In this document: in pieces, positions 1 through 12,057 of the stretch
How the letters are laid out: the number at the start of each line of letters is the position of its first letter
Numbering within the stretch: the stretch's first letter is position 1
Source of the DNA: Protaetiibacter sp.
GTDB taxonomy: Bacteria > Actinomycetota > Actinomycetes > Actinomycetales > Microbacteriaceae
Reading direction: 5' to 3'
NCBI GenBank assembly: GCA_051954835.1
Contig: JBQCHI010000029.1
Coordinates: forward strand, 11,621 to 75,620
Length of the DNA stretch: 64,000 nt
Notes under the pieces: generated by a model
Told to the model about the DNA's origin: nothing
Seen by the model: the letters and a program-made list of their open reading frames with translations, nothing else
Database searches by the model: none
Program-made: the position numbers and the translations under genes

Positions 1-707
1 AGATCTCCCAGAGCCTGGGTCACCTCGTGGCGTTCCTCGCCCATCCCCAGGATGAGGTTGGACTTCGTGATGAGTCCCGCATCGTGGGCGGCGGTGAGCA
101 CGCCGAGCGAACGATCGAATCGGAATGCGGGACGGATGCGCTTGAAGATCCGCGGGACCGTCTCGACGTTGTGCGCGAAGACCTCGGGCCGGCTCGAGAA
201 GACCTCGGCGAGCAGCTCCGGGTTGCCCGAGAAGTCGGTGGCGAGGATCTCGACCCCCGTCCCCGGGTTGGCGGCGTGGATGGCGCGAACCGTCTCGGCG
301 TGCAGCCACGCGCCCTCGTCGGGCAGGTCGTCGCGCGCGACACCCGTGACGGTCGCGTAGCGCAAGCCCATCCGCTGCACCGACTCGGCGACGCGACGCG
401 GCTCATCGGTGTCATACGCCGCGGGCTTGCCGGTGTCGATCTGGCAGAAGTCGCAGCGACGGGTGCACTGGCTGCCGCCGATGAGGAAGGTCGCCTCGCG
501 ATCCTCCCAGCACTCGTAGATGTTGGGGCATCCGGCTTCCTGGCAGACCGTGTGCAGCTCCTCGCTCTTCACGAGCGAGTGCAGGGCTGTGAACTCCGGC
601 CCCATCTTCGCCCGTGTCTTGATCCACTCCGGCTTGCGTTCGATGGGCGTCTGCGCGTTCCGGACTTCGAGCCGCAGCAGCTTGCGACCCTCGGGCGGGG
701 TGCTCAT
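1..707 (-). CDS. lipA: Lipoyl synthase LipA, N-terminal 235 codons only (C-terminus runs off the left window edge)
   Basis: Absent from the ORF track because it is open at the edge. My translation from ATG 707 gives [62 protein letters not shown]. These are the auxiliary-cluster and radical-SAM CxxxCxxC motifs of LipA. ATGA start/stop overlap with lipB at 704-707. Confidence 0.95.
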   Translation of the reverse strand, partial: MSTPPEGRKLLRLEVRNAQTPIERKPEWIKTRAKMGPEFTALHSLVKSEELHTVCQEAGCPNIYECWEDREATFLIGGSQCTRRCDFCQIDTGKPAAYDTDEPRRVAESVQRMGLRYATVTGVARDDLPDEGAWLHAETVRAIHAANPGTGVEILATDFSGNPELLAEVFSSRPEVFAHNVETVPRIFKRIRPAFRFDRSLGVLTAAHDAGLITKSNLILGMGEERHEVTQALGD

Positions 708-1378
708 GCGTGTGCCACCGCCTCGACGCCGAGGGCCGAGGCGAGGCTCCCCGCGAGGGCGTGCTCGAAACGACGGATGACATCCGGCACCACGTGCGCG
801 GGGGTCACCTCGCGCCCCAGCTCATGACTCATCGTCGTGACCCCGGCGTCGCGGATGCCGCACGCGATGATCCTGCGGTACGGCGCCAGATCGTTGCTGC
901 AGTTGAGAGCGAAGCCGTGCATCGTGACCCCGTCAGCGACCCGGATGCCGATCGCCGCGATCTTGTCGGCCGGCGCCCCGCTGCGTTCGATCCACACCCC
1001 GCTGCGACCCTCGATGCGGGTGCCGACGATGCCGTGATCGGCCAGCACGCCGATCAACAGCTCCTCGAGTCGCCGCACGTAGGCGACGACATCGATCGGC
1101 TCGGCGAGGCGCACGATCGGGTAGCCCACGAGCTGTCCGGGGCCGTGCCAGGTGATCTTGCCGCCGCGGTCGACCTCGACGACGGGAGTGCCGTCGGTGG
1201 GCCTCTCGTGCGGTTCGGTCCTCTTCCCGGCGGTGTAGACGGGTGGATGCTCCAGCAGGAGCACGGTATCGGGCGCCCGGCCGCTCGCGACGTCGGAGTG
1301 CACAGCACGCTGACGCTCGAGGGCCGTCGAATACGACACGGAGTTGGCGCTTAGCCCCGCGTCGACATAGTCGACCAC
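704..1378 (-). CDS. lipB: Octanoyl/lipoyl-[ACP]:protein transferase LipB
   Basis: 224-aa ORF with ..[49 protein letters not shown].., typical LipB motifs. Coupled to lipA. Confidence 0.93.
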   Translation of the reverse strand: MVDYVDAGLSANSVSYSTALERQRAVHSDVASGRAPDTVLLLEHPPVYTAGKRTEPHERPTDGTPVVEVDRGGKITWHGPGQLVGYPIVRLAEPIDVVAYVRRLEELLIGVLADHGIVGTRIEGRSGVWIERSGAPADKIAAIGIRVADGVTMHGFALNCSNDLAPYRRIIACGIRDAGVTTMSHELGREVTPAHVVPDVIRRFEHALAGSLASALGVEAVAHA

Positions 1379-1426
1379 CCGTCAACCCTAGCCCGTCGCG
1401 TCCTTCCCATCGGCGCGCGTGCCACG

Positions 1427-2857
1427 GTGTCCCCGGAATCAGGAGGATGCGGCGCGAAGCGCGCGTCGGCGACGCACCATCGTGGGGTGACTCTCGCGCG
1501 CGACCTGCCCGGCATCCGCGTCATCCGGCCCCTGGGGCGGGATGCGCATCGGGAGACCTGGCTCGTGCGGCTGGAGGGGGAGCCTCCCGGGCCGGCCGTG
1601 CTCGTGCGACCGTGCGACGCGGCGGGGAGGCGCATGGTGCGCTTCGAGGCAGCGGCGCTCCACCGCGGCCGCGGTGTGGGCGTGGTCGAGCTCGTCGACG
1701 TCGTCGGAGATCCTGAGGGCATGGCGCTCCTGCGCGAGCACTGCGTCGGGCCTCGACTCGCGGCAGTGCTCGCAGAGCGCGAGCACTGGCAGGCGGGCGA
1801 GGTCGTCGCGGCCCTCCAGCCGGTCGTCGCCGCACTCGACCGACTGCACCGGAGCGGGGTGGCGCATGGCGTGGTGAACGCCGGAGAGATCATCGTGAGG
1901 TCGTCGGGTGGCGTGCTCGTGGACCTGGGGCGCGCCGAGCTGTTCGAGTCGGGATCTCCCGAGGCCGTGCTCGCGCGCGTCGATGCGATCTCTCGCGACC
2001 GGGATGCCGCGCGGGCATTGGCCTCGGACCTGCTGCGGCGGGTGACGGGATCCCGCTCGCACGCGGCGCATGCGCTCGCCGACACCGTCGAGCAGGCTCC
2101 GGCCTTCCGACTGCTGGCTGAGCTGTGCGACGGGCTGGATGAGCTCGCCGCCCCGCTTGCCCTCGGGCGGAACGAGCCGCCCGCGTCGGCCGCATCCGAA
2201 GCGCCGGCCGCGCAGCTGGCGCCGCGCCTGATGCCGGTCGTGCGCGCCGTGGAGGAACCGACCGGCACACCGCTTCCCGCCGGCCGGAGCCGGTATGACG
2301 CCATGAGGTCGAGGATCGCGGGGCTGCGTGCGCGGCTCGACGCCCTGCCTGCTGGCCGTCGCCGTTTCGTCGTGGGCGCCGGAGCCGCGGTGACGGCGGC
2401 TGCCATGCTCCTGGCCCTCCCCAAGGCGGCCGACGCAGAGCCGCCGTCCCCGCCGCCGTCGGCCAGCACGACCGCGCCAGGCGAGCAGGTTGCCCCGGTC
2501 GGGCGCACGGCCGCGGCCGACGCCGCGATCGAGGGCGATGATCCTGTCGCCGCCGCCGTGGCGCTGCTCGAGCGACGACAGGCGTGCTTCGTCGAGCTCT
2601 CCCTGCTGTGCCTCGAGGAGGTGAATCAGCAGGGCTCCGCTGCCTCGACCTCCGACCGTGCCGCGATGCAGGCCCTGCGCGGGGGAGAGGAGGCGGAGGT
2701 CGCCGCTGTCGACAGCGTCGACGCGCGCCTTACGGAACGATGGGGCGACAGTGCACTCGTCGAAGTGGGGCCGGAAACGGATCCGGCCTCGCTTCTGCTC
2801 ATGAGAAGCGAGGCCGGATGGCGCATCCGCGACTGGGTCGCGATTGGGGTCGATTAG
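1427..2857 (+). CDS. Single-pass membrane protein with an N-terminal degenerate Ser/Thr-kinase-like (pseudokinase) domain
   Basis: 476-aa ORF with strong GC3 bias in this frame. Kinase-like order of blocks is present, but the key residues are changed ([46 protein letters not shown]). One TM segment ([19 protein letters not shown]) is followed by a Pro/Ser linker and a C-terminal domain of about 130 aa. Start is uncertain: GTG 1427 or GTG 1487, since the first codons have poor GC3. Confidence 0.6.
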   Translation: MSPESGGCGAKRASATHHRGVTLARDLPGIRVIRPLGRDAHRETWLVRLEGEPPGPAVLVRPCDAAGRRMVRFEAAALHRGRGVGVVELVDVVGDPEGMALLREHCVGPRLAAVLAEREHWQAGEVVAALQPVVAALDRLHRSGVAHGVVNAGEIIVRSSGGVLVDLGRAELFESGSPEAVLARVDAISRDRDAARALASDLLRRVTGSRSHAAHALADTVEQAPAFRLLAELCDGLDELAAPLALGRNEPPASAASEAPAAQLAPRLMPVVRAVEEPTGTPLPAGRSRYDAMRSRIAGLRARLDALPAGRRRFVVGAGAAVTAAAMLLALPKAADAEPPSPPPSASTTAPGEQVAPVGRTAAADAAIEGDDPVAAAVALLERRQACFVELSLLCLEEVNQQGSAASTSDRAAMQALRGGEEAEVAAVDSVDARLTERWGDSALVEVGPETDPASLLLMRSEAGWRIRDWVAIGVD

Positions 2858-4362
2858 ATGCCGAGCGAACCGCGGAAGTCGCCCGCCTCGAGGCGCGCCT
2901 TGACGGCGCCGAGGAAGCGCGCAGCATCCGCACCGTCGACGATGCGGTGGTCGTAGGACAGCGCGAGGTACACCGTCGAACGGATCGCGATGGCATCCGT
3001 TCCGCTGTCGCTCACGACGACCGGCTTCTTCGTCACGACGCCGGTGCCGAGGATCGCGACCTGCGGCAGGAACACGACGGGCGTGTCGAACAGCGCGCCG
3101 CGGGATCCGGTGTTGGTGAGCGTGAAGGTGCCACCCGCCAGCTCGTCCGGCTTCAGCTTGTTGTCGCGCGTGCGCTCAGCGAGGTCGGCGATCTCCTTCG
3201 CAAGGCCTGCGATGTCCAGATCGCCGGCGTTGCGGATCACGGGCGTGAGCAGGCCGCGCTCGGTGTCGACCGCGATCGAGAGGTTCTCGGTGTCGGGGTA
3301 GACGATGTTGTCACCGTCGACCGTCGCGTTGATGATCGGGAAGCTCCGCAGCGCCTCGGCCGCCGCGAGGGCGAAGAACGGCATGAACGACAGCTTCGTG
3401 CCCGTCTTGGCCAGGAAGTCGTCCTTCACCTCGGCGCGCAGCGCCGCGACCTTGCTCACGTCGGCCTCGACGACCGTCGTGAGCTGAGCGGTCGAGTTCA
3501 TCGACACGACGGCGCGTTCCGCGACGACCTTGCGCAGGCGCGTCATGGGCACGGTCGTGCCGCGCAGGGGAGACACCTCGGCGGCCGGCGCCGGAGCGGC
3601 CTGCTCCGCAGCGGCGGGAGCGGCGGATGCCGTGGCGGCCGGTGCCGTGGATGCGGCAGCGGCGAGCACGTCCTGCTTGCGGATGCGCCCCCCGACTCCG
3701 GTACCCGAGAGCTCGTCGAGCTCGACGCCCTTCTCGGTCGCGAGCTTCCGCACGATCGGCGTGACGTAGCCGGCACGGGACGCCGGTGCCGCAGCAGGGG
3801 CTTCGGCGGCGGGAGCCGGCTCAGCGGGAGCTGCGGCCGGGGCCTCAGCAGCAGGCGCGGGAGCCTCAGCAGCAGGGGCCGGAGCCTCGGCGACGGGCGC
3901 GGGCGCTTCAGCGGCAGGGGCCGGTGCCTCGGCGGCGGGCGCTTCGGCGGCGGGCGCTTCGGCGGCCGGCGCTTCGGCGGCGGGCGCGGGCGCTTCGGCA
4001 GCGGGTGCGGGCGCTTCGGCGGCGGGCGCGGGAGCCTCGGCAGCCTCAGGCGCTGCGGGAGCAGCCGGCTCAGCGGCGGCAGGAGCCGCCTCGGGCGCGG
4101 CCGGGGCGGACTCGCCACCGCCTGAACCATCGCCGATACGCACGAGCGGCGCACCGACCTCGACGGTCTCGTCCTCGGCCACGAGGATCTCCTCGATCAC
4201 CCCGGCGACGGGGGAGGGGATCTCGGTGTCGACCTTGTCGGTCGAGACCTCCAGCAGAGGCTCGTCGACCTCCACGCGGTCGCCGACCTTCTTCAGCCAG
4301 CGGGTCACCGTACCTTCCGTGACGCTCTCGCCGAGCGCCGGGAGGCTGACGGATTCGCTCAT
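2854..4362 (-). CDS. sucB: Dihydrolipoamide acyl(succinyl)transferase, E2 component of 2-oxoacid dehydrogenase complexes
   Basis: Single lipoyl domain ([14 protein letters not shown]). Long Ala/Pro linker. E3-binding domain ([34 protein letters not shown]). Catalytic domain with [15 protein letters not shown]. Confidence 0.93.
   Translation of the reverse strand: MSESVSLPALGESVTEGTVTRWLKKVGDRVEVDEPLLEVSTDKVDTEIPSPVAGVIEEILVAEDETVEVGAPLVRIGDGSGGGESAPAAPEAAPAAAEPAAPAAPEAAEAPAPAAEAPAPAAEAPAPAAEAPAAEAPAAEAPAAEAPAPAAEAPAPVAEAPAPAAEAPAPAAEAPAAAPAEPAPAAEAPAAAPASRAGYVTPIVRKLATEKGVELDELSGTGVGGRIRKQDVLAAAASTAPAATASAAPAAAEQAAPAPAAEVSPLRGTTVPMTRLRKVVAERAVVSMNSTAQLTTVVEADVSKVAALRAEVKDDFLAKTGTKLSFMPFFALAAAEALRSFPIINATVDGDNIVYPDTENLSIAVDTERGLLTPVIRNAGDLDIAGLAKEIADLAERTRDNKLKPDELAGGTFTLTNTGSRGALFDTPVVFLPQVAILGTGVVTKKPVVVSDSGTDAIAIRSTVYLALSYDHRIVDGADAARFLGAVKARLEAGDFRGSLGI
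3778..4110 (-). repeat. In-frame tandem 15/21-nt repeats encoding the Ala-Pro-Glu linker of E2
   Basis: About 110 residues made of AEAPAPA / AEAPA units. On the + strand the unit gggcgcttcggcggc recurs head-to-tail around 3940-4000. Confidence 0.8.
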
Positions 4363-4412
4363 CGGTGCTGCTCCTTGTTCAAAGCCGTGTCGTTCTAGCT
4401 TAGCTGTGGCGC

Positions 4413-5783
4413 TCAGACGTGAAGGGGCTTCCCGGCAAGAGCCAGGAAGGTCTCACCGAGAGCCTCGTTCTGCGTGGGGTGCGCGTGGATGTAGGGGGCG
4501 ATGTCCTCGGGGTACGCCTCCCAGTCGACGACGAGCTGCGACTCGCCGATGAGCTCGCCGACGCGCGCACCGATCATGTGCACACCCACGACGGGTCCGT
4601 CGTTGACGCGGATCGCCTTGATGATGCCCGAGGTGCCGATGATGTGGCTCTTGCCGTTGCCCGCGAGGTTGTACTCGAACGCCGTGATGTTCTCGGCGCC
4701 GTACTTCTCGGCGGCCTTGGCCTCGGTGAGGCCGACCGAGGCGACCTCCGGGTCGGAGTAGGTGACCTTCGGGATGTTCACGTCGTCGACCATGATCGGG
4801 TCGAGTCCGGCCAGAACCTCGGCCACGAAGATGCCCTGCTGGAAGCCGCGGTGGGCGAGCTGCAGGCCGGGCACGATGTCGCCGACGGCGTAGACGCCGG
4901 GCACGGTGGTCTGCAGCTTGTCGTCCACGACCACGAAACCGCGGTCGAGCTGCACGCCGACCTCCTCGTAGCCGAGGTTGGCGGTCAGCGGACCGCGACC
5001 GACCGCGACGAGCAGGATGTCGGCCTCGACGGTCTCGCCGTTCTCGAGGGTCACGATCACGCCCGAGTCGTTCTGGGTCACGCCCGAGAAGCGCACGCCG
5101 AGCTTGTAGTCGATACCGCGGCGGCGGAATGCACGCTCGAAGTGCTTCGAGATCGACTCGTCCTCGTTGGGAACGAGGTGGGGCAGCGCCTCGATGATCG
5201 TGACGTCGGCGCCCCAGCTCTTCCAGACGCTCGAGAACTCGACGCCGATCACGCCGCCGCCGAGCACGGCGACCTTCTTCGGCACGAAGTCGAGCGCGAG
5301 GGCCTGCTCGGAGGTGATGACGCGTCCGCCGATCTCGAGACCGGGGAGCGTGCGCGAGTAGGAACCGGTCGCGAGGATGACGTTGGTCCCGCGGATGACC
5401 TGGTCGCCCACCTGCACCGTGTTCGGCGAGGTGAGGCGGCCGGCCCCCTCGATGGTCGTGATGCCGCGGCCCTTGAGGTGCGCCTGAAGCCCCTTGTACT
5501 TACCCGCGACGATGCCCTCGCGGTAGCTCGTGACGGCGGCGATGTCGATGCCGCCGAACTGGGTGGTCACCCCGTACTTGGCCGACTCGCGTGCGACATC
5601 CGCGACCTCGGCGGAGTGCAGGAGGGCCTTGGTCGGGATGCAGCCGACGTGGAGGCAGGTGCCGCCGACCTTGTCCTTCTCGATGAGTGCCACGGACTTG
5701 CCGAGCTGGGCGTAGCGGAGGGCGGCGGCGTAGCCACCGCTTCCCGCTCCCAGGACGACGAGGTCGAAGGTCTGCTCGGACAC
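4413..5783 (-). CDS. lpd: Dihydrolipoyl dehydrogenase (E3)
   Basis: Only the last 456 codons of the 1281-aa track ORF are Lpd-like. GTG start at 5783 follows GGGAG and gives [34 protein letters not shown] (FAD site and redox-active CxxxxC). Confidence 0.93.
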   Translation of the reverse strand: MSEQTFDLVVLGAGSGGYAAALRYAQLGKSVALIEKDKVGGTCLHVGCIPTKALLHSAEVADVARESAKYGVTTQFGGIDIAAVTSYREGIVAGKYKGLQAHLKGRGITTIEGAGRLTSPNTVQVGDQVIRGTNVILATGSYSRTLPGLEIGGRVITSEQALALDFVPKKVAVLGGGVIGVEFSSVWKSWGADVTIIEALPHLVPNEDESISKHFERAFRRRGIDYKLGVRFSGVTQNDSGVIVTLENGETVEADILLVAVGRGPLTANLGYEEVGVQLDRGFVVVDDKLQTTVPGVYAVGDIVPGLQLAHRGFQQGIFVAEVLAGLDPIMVDDVNIPKVTYSDPEVASVGLTEAKAAEKYGAENITAFEYNLAGNGKSHIIGTSGIIKAIRVNDGPVVGVHMIGARVGELIGESQLVVDWEAYPEDIAPYIHAHPTQNEALGETFLALAGKPLHV

Positions 5784-5850
5784 TGGAGAAACTCCCTTGC
5801 GCTTCACGTGTCGGAGCCCCGCGTCATCGGTGGTGTCGCGGAGCGGGAAT

Positions 5851-5870
5851 CGGCAAGGCGTTCCTTGCCG
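5851..5870 (-). terminator. Possible stem-loop terminator downstream of pepA
   Basis: CGGCAAGG-cgtt-CCTTGCCG, an 8-bp perfect stem 12 nt after the pepA stop. No U-tract. Confidence 0.35.
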
Positions 5871-5881
5871 CATCGACCCTA

Positions 5882-7375
5882 CTACGGCCGTGCGAGCTCC
5901 GCCGTCAGGGCGAGGAGCGTGCGCACCGCGACGGCGCTGGGTCCCTTGCCCACCGCCCCGTAGGGCGATCCGGAGTTGTACGCGGGCCCCGCGATGTCGA
6001 GGTGCGCCCATCCGATCCTTGCCCCGGGACCCTCGCCGCCTGCCTCGCCGACGAAGGCGCGGAGGAAGTGCCCGGCCACGAGCATGCCGCCCGCGGTGTG
6101 ACCGGGCTTCGCGTTCGCGAGATCGGCGACGTCGGAGTCGAGCACCGAGCGCAGCTCGGCGGGGAGCGGCATCGCCCACATCGCCTCGTCGGAGGCGGCG
6201 GCTGCCGCCAGCACCCGGTCGACAGCCGGCGTGTCGCCCATGACACCCGTCGTGCGCTCCCCGAGCGCCACCCGCGCCGCCCCGGTGAGGGTCGCCACGT
6301 CGACGAGCAGGTCGGGGCGCTCGGTCGCCGCGCTGGCCAGCCCATCGGCGAGCACGAGGCGACCCTCCGCGTCGGTGTTGGTGACCTCGACGGTCGTGCC
6401 GTTCCACATCCGCAGCACGTCGCCGGGTCGCACGGCGCTGCCCGAGGGCATGTTCTCGGCAAGGCACAGCCACGCCGACACCCGCACGGGAAGCGCGCGC
6501 CGGGCGGCGTCGAGCACGACGGCGAGCGCGGTAGCGGCGCCGGTCATGTCGTACTTCATGGTCGGCATGGACGCCGGCGGCTTGAGCGAGAGCCCGCCCG
6601 AGTCGAAGGTGATCCCCTTGCCGACGATCGCGAGGTGGCGCTCCGCATCCTGGGGCGCGTAGCGCACGATCACGAGGCGGGGGCCGCGGCTCGACCCGCT
6701 GCCGACGCCGAGGATGCCGCCGTAGCCGCCCGCCGCGAGCGCAGCCTCGTCGAGCACCTCGACGTCGACCGGGAGCCCTGCGGCGTGCTCGCCCACCCGC
6801 TCGGCGAAGGTCGCCGGGTACAGATCGGACGCGGGCTCGTTCACGAGATCTCGCACGAGGTGCGTCGCGAGCGCGGTCGCCTCGGCGGCCGCCGCGATCC
6901 GATCGCCCGCGAAGGACTCGGGCGCGCGAAGGGCGATGCGCGCGACCGGCAGCTTGGAGCTCAGATCGGATGCCGTGCGGTAGGCGAGATACGCGTATGC
7001 GCCGCTCGCGGCCGATTCGAGCATGACGCTCGCGCTCGACTCGTCCGCGACCGGCAGGGCGAGCGTGACCGATTCGAGCCCGGCACTCAGCCGACCCACC
7101 GTGCCGGCGGCGGAGCGGAGCGCCGCGCGAGTCACGTCGGCGCCGATGCCGATGAACGCGACGGGAGACTCCCACCCCTGTGGCACCGGACCCCGGCGGA
7201 ACTCGTCGGCCCCGCCCGTCACCCCGAGCGGCTCGAGCAGGGCGGTGAGTTCCTCGGGTGCGTCGTCGAGGGCGACGACGGGCCCGTCGGGGCCCCGGCG
7301 GACGGCGACGACGACGAGCGTCGTGGTGATGCGGGCGAGCGGCAGAGAGGTGACGGAGAGATCGGGCACGGCCAT
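5882..7375 (-). CDS. pepA: Leucyl aminopeptidase (M17)
   Basis: 497 aa with GKGITFDSGGLSLKP and NTDAEGRLVLAD, the M17 metal and active-site motifs. Confidence 0.92.
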   Translation of the reverse strand: MAVPDLSVTSLPLARITTTLVVVAVRRGPDGPVVALDDAPEELTALLEPLGVTGGADEFRRGPVPQGWESPVAFIGIGADVTRAALRSAAGTVGRLSAGLESVTLALPVADESSASVMLESAASGAYAYLAYRTASDLSSKLPVARIALRAPESFAGDRIAAAAEATALATHLVRDLVNEPASDLYPATFAERVGEHAAGLPVDVEVLDEAALAAGGYGGILGVGSGSSRGPRLVIVRYAPQDAERHLAIVGKGITFDSGGLSLKPPASMPTMKYDMTGAATALAVVLDAARRALPVRVSAWLCLAENMPSGSAVRPGDVLRMWNGTTVEVTNTDAEGRLVLADGLASAATERPDLLVDVATLTGAARVALGERTTGVMGDTPAVDRVLAAAAASDEAMWAMPLPAELRSVLDSDVADLANAKPGHTAGGMLVAGHFLRAFVGEAGGEGPGARIGWAHLDIAGPAYNSGSPYGAVGKGPSAVAVRTLLALTAELARP

Positions 7376-7478
7376 GGCGCCAGGCTAGTCGCCGACCGGG
7401 TCGCATGTTCGCTGTCAGCATGACGCCACGGCCCGCGAGCTCCGGCGGCACGTGGGGCCTGCTCGTAGACTCGTTTCC

Positions 7479-8390
7479 ATGGATCCGAACCCGCTCTACG
7501 AGGTCGTCGGCGACGTCTCCGACGTTCCCCCCGGGCTGCATCTCGTGGCCGGGCTGACGGGGTTCACCGACTCCGGATCCGCGGTGTCCCAGATCACCGA
7601 GCTGCTCCGAGGCCTGCCCGTGGCGCGCGAGCTGATCGTGTTCGACAACGACCAGCTGCTGGACTATCGCGCGCGCCGGCCCGTGATGTTCTTCGACGAG
7701 GACCATCTCTCGGAGTACGAGCCGGCACGACTGTCGCTTTCGCTCGTCGAGGACGAGCTGCACCGCCCGTTCCTGTTGCTCACGGGCTACGAGCCCGACT
7801 TCCGCTGGGAGGCATTCACCCGAGTCGTCCTGGATCTCATCGAGCGGTTCCAGGTGTCCGATACCACGTGGATCAACGCGATCCCGATGCCCACGCCCCA
7901 CACGCGGGCGATCGGTGTGACGGTGAGCGGAAACCGCCCCGACCTCGCCGACGCATACTCGGTCTGGCGGCCCCGTACCCAGGTACCGGGCAACGCCCTG
8001 CACCTGCTCGAGTACCGCATGCAGGAGGTGGGGCATCCGGTGGCCGGCTTCGTGCTGTTGGTCCCGCACTACCTCGCCGACACGGAGTTCCCGCTCGCAG
8101 CGGTCGCGGCCCTCGAGTCGATCAGCGCGGCGACGGGCCTCATCTTCCCCACCGACGAGCTGCGCGAAGAGGGCCGCGAGTTCATCCAGAAGGTCGAAGA
8201 GCAGGTGGCGGGGAACCCGGAACTCGAGCGGCTCGTGCACACCCTCGAGGAACGACACGACAGCTACATGCAGGAGAACCCTCTGCCCTCGCCGCTCGTC
8301 GACGAGGACGGCGAGCTCCCGAGTGCCGACACCATCGCGGCCGAGCTCGAGCGCTTCCTCGCCTCGCGACGCGACGAGCCGCGTCCGTGA
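7479..8390 (+). CDS. PAC2-family (proteasome assembly chaperone-like) protein
   Basis: MDPNPLYEVVGDVSDVPPGLHLVAGLTGFTDSGSAVSQ.. resembles actinobacterial PAC2-family proteins (family name from memory). ATG 7479 is preferred over the in-frame GTG at 7452. Confidence 0.7.
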   Translation: MDPNPLYEVVGDVSDVPPGLHLVAGLTGFTDSGSAVSQITELLRGLPVARELIVFDNDQLLDYRARRPVMFFDEDHLSEYEPARLSLSLVEDELHRPFLLLTGYEPDFRWEAFTRVVLDLIERFQVSDTTWINAIPMPTPHTRAIGVTVSGNRPDLADAYSVWRPRTQVPGNALHLLEYRMQEVGHPVAGFVLLVPHYLADTEFPLAAVAALESISAATGLIFPTDELREEGREFIQKVEEQVAGNPELERLVHTLEERHDSYMQENPLPSPLVDEDGELPSADTIAAELERFLASRRDEPRP

Positions 8391-8424
8391 CGTTCACGGG
8401 ATGGCATCCGCGTAGCCTGTTCGC

Positions 8425-9765
8425 GTGAACTCCGCGCGGTCCTGGGTCGTCTTCGCCGGGGCCGCGTTCGCATACCTCATCGGCGTCATGCAGCGCACCT
8501 CCTTCGGGGTTGCGGGGGTGGATGCGACCGAGCGCTTCGCGGTGAGCGCCGCGGCGATCTCGGTCGTGGCGGTCGTGCAGATCGTCGTCTACGCCGTGCT
8601 GCAGATCCCTGTCGGCGTGCTCGCGGATCGGGTCGGGGCGCCGCCGCTCATCGTCGTCGGCGCAGTGACCATGGCCGTCGGGCAGGGGGTGCTCGCGCTC
8701 GCGGGCGACATCGGGCTGGCGCTCGTGGCACGCGTGCTCGTGGGAACGGGTGACGCCTTCATCTTCGTGAGCGTCATGCGCTTGCTGCCGGCGTGGTTCG
8801 AGGGGCGCATCCTGCCGCAGCTCTCTCAGTGGGTCGGGATGACCGGGCAGCTCGGGCAGATCGTCTCGGCTCTCCCGTTCGCGTTCCTCCTGCACCTGCA
8901 GGGGTGGACGCCCGCTTTCCTGATCGCCGCAGCGGCGGGGCTGCTCACCGCTGCGGTGGGGCTCGTGACGCTCCGGCGCGGGGCCGACCGCGTGACGACG
9001 GCCGAGATCCGCACCATCGAGCCGTCCGAGCTCGGGCTGCGCGCGAGCTTCGGGCGTCCGGGTACGCAGCTGGGCTTCTGGGCCCACCTGCTCGCCGGCA
9101 CCGTGCCCACGATGCTCGGCATCCTGTGGGGCTTTCCCTTCCTGACAGCAGGCCTCGGCTACGCCCCGGCGACCGCATCCGGCGTCTTCACGCTCATGGT
9201 GATCGGCACCTTCGTCTCCGGGCCCGTCGTGGGGTTGCTCGTCGCGCGGCACCCCATGCGACGCAGCGACCTCGTGCTGGGGATCACCTGGGGTGTGTAC
9301 GGCATCTGGACCATCGCGTTGCTGTGGCAGCCCCAGCCGCCGCTGTGGCTCGTCGCGCTGCTCTTCCTCGGGGTCGGGGCATGCGGACCCGCCTCGCTCG
9401 TGGGACTCGACGTGGCCCGCAGCGCGAACCCACGGCACGCCTACGGCTCGGCCACCGGGATCGCCAACACGGGCGGCTTCATCGGCGGATTCCTCGGGAT
9501 GCTGCTCGTGGGCGTCGTGCTCGACATCGTCGACGAGGTGCGCGTCGCCCACGGGGCGGCATCGGATCTCTACAGCCTCGACGGCTTCCGGGTCGCCTTC
9601 CTGAGCACCTATCTCATCGCGATCGTCGGGACATCCGGCCTGCTCTGGAAGCGGCGACATACCCGACGGCGTCTCTGGGAGGAATCGGGAATAGTCATCG
9701 CCCCCTTATGGGTTGCACTTATCAGTGCGCGCGGCAGGAGGCGTCCTCCGCGTGTGCGAGAATAG
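8425..9765 (+). CDS. MFS transporter
   Basis: 446 aa with about 12 predicted hydrophobic helices and the MFS loop motif ([11 protein letters not shown]). GTG start. Confidence 0.85.
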   Translation: MNSARSWVVFAGAAFAYLIGVMQRTSFGVAGVDATERFAVSAAAISVVAVVQIVVYAVLQIPVGVLADRVGAPPLIVVGAVTMAVGQGVLALAGDIGLALVARVLVGTGDAFIFVSVMRLLPAWFEGRILPQLSQWVGMTGQLGQIVSALPFAFLLHLQGWTPAFLIAAAAGLLTAAVGLVTLRRGADRVTTAEIRTIEPSELGLRASFGRPGTQLGFWAHLLAGTVPTMLGILWGFPFLTAGLGYAPATASGVFTLMVIGTFVSGPVVGLLVARHPMRRSDLVLGITWGVYGIWTIALLWQPQPPLWLVALLFLGVGACGPASLVGLDVARSANPRHAYGSATGIANTGGFIGGFLGMLLVGVVLDIVDEVRVAHGAASDLYSLDGFRVAFLSTYLIAIVGTSGLLWKRRHTRRRLWEESGIVIAPLWVALISARGRRRPPRVRE

Positions 9766-9896
9766 ATAACCGAGACCCGGTCGAGTCCTCGTCTCGTGGC
9801 CGTCGGCAGGATGATTTCCCGCCGCAGGACGCGAGGGACTTGACACGGGTCTACGTACTGCCCAGACGCACCTCCCCACCCGCGAAAGGGGTCAGC

Positions 9897-11321
<1,425 letters not shown>

Positions 11322-11329
11322 GCCGGCGC

Positions 11330-12049
11330 GTGGACGTCCCCTACGACGAGAACCGCACCCGGCCGCGCGAGGTCGAGGTCGACGGTGTGCGCTATGAACG
11401 CCTGCCGATCAAGACGCACGTGGTGCTGCCGGGGGAGCCGCTGGACCCGGTGATCGAGAGGTACGCCCTCCCGGAACTCCGCGACGGCGACTGGCTCTTC
11501 ATGACCGAGAAGATGGTCGCGGGCTCACAAGGGCGCGCCTACCCCGTCGCGGAGGTGAAGGCCCGGCCCCTCGCCGTGTGGCTCGCCAAGCGGGTCGTCC
11601 GCACGCCGTGGGGTATCGGGCTCGGCATCCCCGAGACCATGGAGATGGCCATCCGCGAGGTCGGCACCGTGCGGATCCTGTTCGCCGCGGCCGTCTCGGT
11701 CGTCTCGAAGAAGGTGCTCCGACGCTCCGGCGACTTCTACCGCGTCGCGGGCCCCAAGGCGCGCGGCATCGACGGTCCCGGCTATCCGACCATCCCGCCC
11801 TACGACGAGATGGTCGTGTTGACGGCGGAGAAGCCCACCGAGACCTCCCACCACGTGCGTGATGTGATCGCCGGGCACGGCATCCGCGCCGAGGTGCTGC
11901 TTGTCGATATCAACGACATCGGCGGCAACGTGCTGGGCTCCACGCTCACACGCGCCGACGAGGAGCTCGTGCGGCGGATCCTGCGCGACAATCCGATCGG
12001 CCAGGGCCACGAGTCGACCCCGCTCGGGATCATCCGCCGCGTCGCGTAG
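11330..12049 (+). CDS. CofE-like (F420-0:gamma-glutamyl ligase family fold) protein
   Basis: 239 aa. DGDWLFMTEKMVAGSQGRAYP resembles the CofE DGDxxVVxSKxVSKAEGR block. The C-terminal ..AEVLLVDINDIGGNVLGS.. resembles the second CofE block. Assignment is by eye only. Confidence 0.55.
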   Translation: MDVPYDENRTRPREVEVDGVRYERLPIKTHVVLPGEPLDPVIERYALPELRDGDWLFMTEKMVAGSQGRAYPVAEVKARPLAVWLAKRVVRTPWGIGLGIPETMEMAIREVGTVRILFAAAVSVVSKKVLRRSGDFYRVAGPKARGIDGPGYPTIPPYDEMVVLTAEKPTETSHHVRDVIAGHGIRAEVLLVDINDIGGNVLGSTLTRADEELVRRILRDNPIGQGHESTPLGIIRRVA

Positions 12050-12057
12050 GCCGGCGC

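Noticed and set aside
3778-4110. Possible CRISPR or VNTR-like array
   Set aside because: The repeats are 15-21 nt, contiguous without spacers, in frame and translate to the E2 Ala/Pro linker. They are not a CRISPR array. No other spaced-repeat array was seen anywhere in the window.
4413-8258. 1281-aa minus-strand ORF spanning lpd, pepA and the PAC2 gene
   Set aside because: Only the C-terminal 456 codons are Lpd-like, with their own GTG and RBS at 5783. The remainder is Arg/Gly/Pro-rich low-complexity sequence lying out of frame over pepA and antisense to the PAC2 gene. This is the typical stop-free shadow frame at about 70% GC.
9840-9845. TTGACA upstream of rpoD as a -35 element, and likewise TTGACA at 23772 upstream of acnA
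   Set aside because: No acceptable -10 hexamer lies at 16-19 bp spacing in either case. A perfect -35 alone is not sufficient evidence.
8793-9896. 5' extension of the rpoD ORF (842 aa in the track)
   Set aside because: The extension overlaps the MFS transporter in another frame and is Arg/Pro/Gly junk. A good RBS plus ATG at 9897 gives a sigma factor of normal architecture.
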